Assembly: GCF_009834535.1 (NCBI RefSeq)
Contig: NC_045699.1
Coordinates: 17,546,001 to 17,610,000, forward strand
Source: Camelus ferus
Lineage: Eukaryota
DNA length: 64,000 bases
Direction of reading: 5' to 3'
The position numbers and the translations under genes are program-made. Positions 61,960-64,000 of the stretch are shown piece after piece. Every line of letters starts with the position of its first letter. The stretch's first letter is position 1. Under the pieces are notes generated by a model that ran no database searches, was not told the DNA's origin, and worked only from the letters and a program-made list of their open reading frames with translations.

Positions 61960-63032
61960 GGTGTCATCCTGAAGTAGGTTTCCTTCTGGATACAAGCCCA
62001 GGAGTGGGATTCCTGGGTCATATGGTAAGTCTATTCCTAGTCTTTTGAGGAATCTCCGCACTGTTTTCCATAGTGGCTGCACCAAACTGCATTCCCACCA
62101 GCAGTGTAGGAGGGTTCCCTTTTCTCCACAGCCTCTGCAGCATTTGTCATTTGTGAATTTTTGAATGANNNNNNNNNNNNNNNNNNNNNNNNNNNNNNNN
62201 NNNNNNNNNNNNNNNNNNNNNNNNNNNNNNNNNNNNNNNNNNNNNNNNNNNNNNNNNNNNNNNNNNNNNNNNNNNNNNNNNNNNNNNNNNNNNNNNNNNN
62301 NNNNNNCGTCTGCCCATTTTTGGATTGGGTTGTTTATTTTTTTCTTATTGAGTCGTATGAGCTGCTTATATATTCTGGAGATCAAGCCTTTGTCTGTTTC
62401 ATTTGCAAAAATTTTCTCCCATTCCATAGATTGTCTTCTTGTTTTNNNNNNNNNNNNNNNNNNNNNNNNNNNNNNNNNNNNNNNNNNNNNNNNNNNNNNN
62501 NNNNNNNNNNNNNNNNNNNNNNNNNNNNNNNNNNNNNNNNNNNNNNNNNNNNNNNNNNNNNNNNNNNNNNNNNNNNNNNNNNNNNNNNNNNNNNNNNNNN
62601 NNNNNNNNNNNNNNNNNNNNNNNNNNNNNNNNNNCATTCTAAGTGAAGTAAGCCAGAAAGAGAAAGAAAAATACCATATGAGTTCGCTCATATGTGGAAT
62701 CTAAAAAACAAAAACAAAAACAAACAAACAAACAAAAACAAAGTGTAAATAAAGGACAGAAATAGACTCACAGACAGAGAATACAGACTTGTGGTTACCA
62801 GTGGGGTGGAGGGTGGGAAGGGATAGACTGGGATTTCAAAATTGTGGAATAGATAAACAAGATTATACTGTATAGCACAGGGAAATATACACAAAATGTT
62901 ATGATAACTCACAGAGAAAAAAATGTGACAATGAGTGTGTATATGTCCATGAATGACTGAAAAATTGTGCTGAACACTGGAATTTGACACAACATTGTAA
63001 AATGATTATAAATCAATAAAAATGTTTAAAAA
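61960..63032. mobile_element. Relatively young LINE-1 3' portion with an inverted 5' segment (minus 61960-62445, plus 62635-63032)
   Basis: Minus strand encodes ORF2 EWEKIFAN...[25 protein letters not shown]...PLLGLYP. Plus strand encodes the ORF2 end ILSEVSQKEKEKYHM..CGI*, followed by the 3'UTR and an A-rich tail. Confidence 0.8.
62169..62634. other. Two assembly gaps (62169-62306, 62446-62634)
   Basis: Runs of N. Confidence 1.
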
Positions 63033-64000
63033 ATGATAATAGAATATATCTGTAAATAAACCTAGCTTTGCTTTTTAAAAAAAAAAAAAAATATTTCAAA
63101 CACAAAATTGAAGAAAGTATCCCTAGAATTGAGATTAATTTAATCATAATTTACTTTATAACACCCTCTTATTTTCCAAAATGGTTTCATATTCATTATT
63201 TTGACTCTCAAAACTCCCCTATGACAATAAGTTGTAATATTTTTGTCATTATTCTTCTTATTCACTTAACAAATATTGTTTGCACTCCTACATTGCACTA
63301 TATAGTAGGTGTGATGCTAGGTGCTAAAGCACAAAGTTGAATAAGATTTTACTTCTGCATTCAAGTTATTCATAGTCTTCTAGACAGTTGGCCTAAGGAG
63401 AAGAAAGGTGAGGTTAGCAGGTGGTATATCTCGGAGAAATAAAGATAATGAAGAAATATCAGAATCTCTCAGATTCAGAATCATGGGTATTCAATCTGAA
63501 AATGGATTCTTATTAGTGTATGGCATAATTTTGCAATTAATTTTTGATTAGATAGAAGACATCAGGAAACAAACTACCATTCAGCAGAGTGTGAGGGAAT
63601 ACCAAAGAATCCAAGAATAGGGGTTGGAATACCTAATTTAGTTGACTGAAGATGACTACCCCATAAAAGTGAAAGACACAGACATCTAATTTGGTAAGGA
63701 AGAAATAAAACCCTATATGACCGATGACATAATCTTAACTCAAGTCACCTAGTCCAGACTTTGAGCAGAAGAATATTTAAGTGATGCTGATTAATGGATC
63801 CTTTAGACTGGTGATCATGACTTCCCCTCTCCTAATATCTTATCTCATTTGCAGGGCAATGCAGGGAGGTCCTACAGTGTTAATAAAAGTGAAAAAGTAA
63901 ATCCATTTAAATAGTAGTTGTGTTGACATAACAATTAGTGTTTTTATGAATACTGAGTTCTTTCTGATTTTCTCCAGCATGCTAGTCTTGTCTTCTTCTT

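Noticed and set aside
61957-62704. Long ORFs of 161-244 aa spanning N runs
   Set aside because: Artefacts of X translation across gaps. The real content is L1 ORF2 fragments.

Overview
Eukaryotic (mammalian) genomic DNA from a type I interferon gene cluster. It is most likely a camelid, based on two tRNA-derived SINEs that match my recollection of the camelid Vic-1 family. Intact single-exon IFN ORFs: two IFN-delta-like genes (9246-9779, 25558-26091), one IFN-alpha (13594-14148) and one IFN-omega (33607-34194). Disrupted or doubtful IFN copies: a 5'-truncated omega (17094-17491), a divergent minus-strand pseudogene (about 20830-21377) and a 5' remnant of its paralogue (about 2825-3070), a delta-like pseudogene (46588-47080), a heavily decayed relic (about 49990-50325), an omega-converted chimeric gene that starts with GTG (56707-57267, minus), and an alpha-omega/mu-like gene with a single +1 frameshift (60663-61221). 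The most unusual structure is upstream of the two IFN-delta genes. They lack the AT-rich IRF-cluster/TATA promoter seen at the alpha, omega and mu-like genes here. Instead they are preceded by a CpG-rich block and a 95-bp tandem array (about 50 units with a young solo LTR inside in copy 1, about 7 units in copy 2). A different CpG-island-like block occurs three times, and one copy abuts the delta-like pseudogene start. The rest is interspersed repeats (L1, ERV LTRs, hAT, MIR), a tailless tRNA-half retrocopy, microsatellites and two N gaps. All alignments and counts were done by eye, no database searches were run, repeat family names are tentative, and repeat boundaries are approximate unless a junction is quoted.
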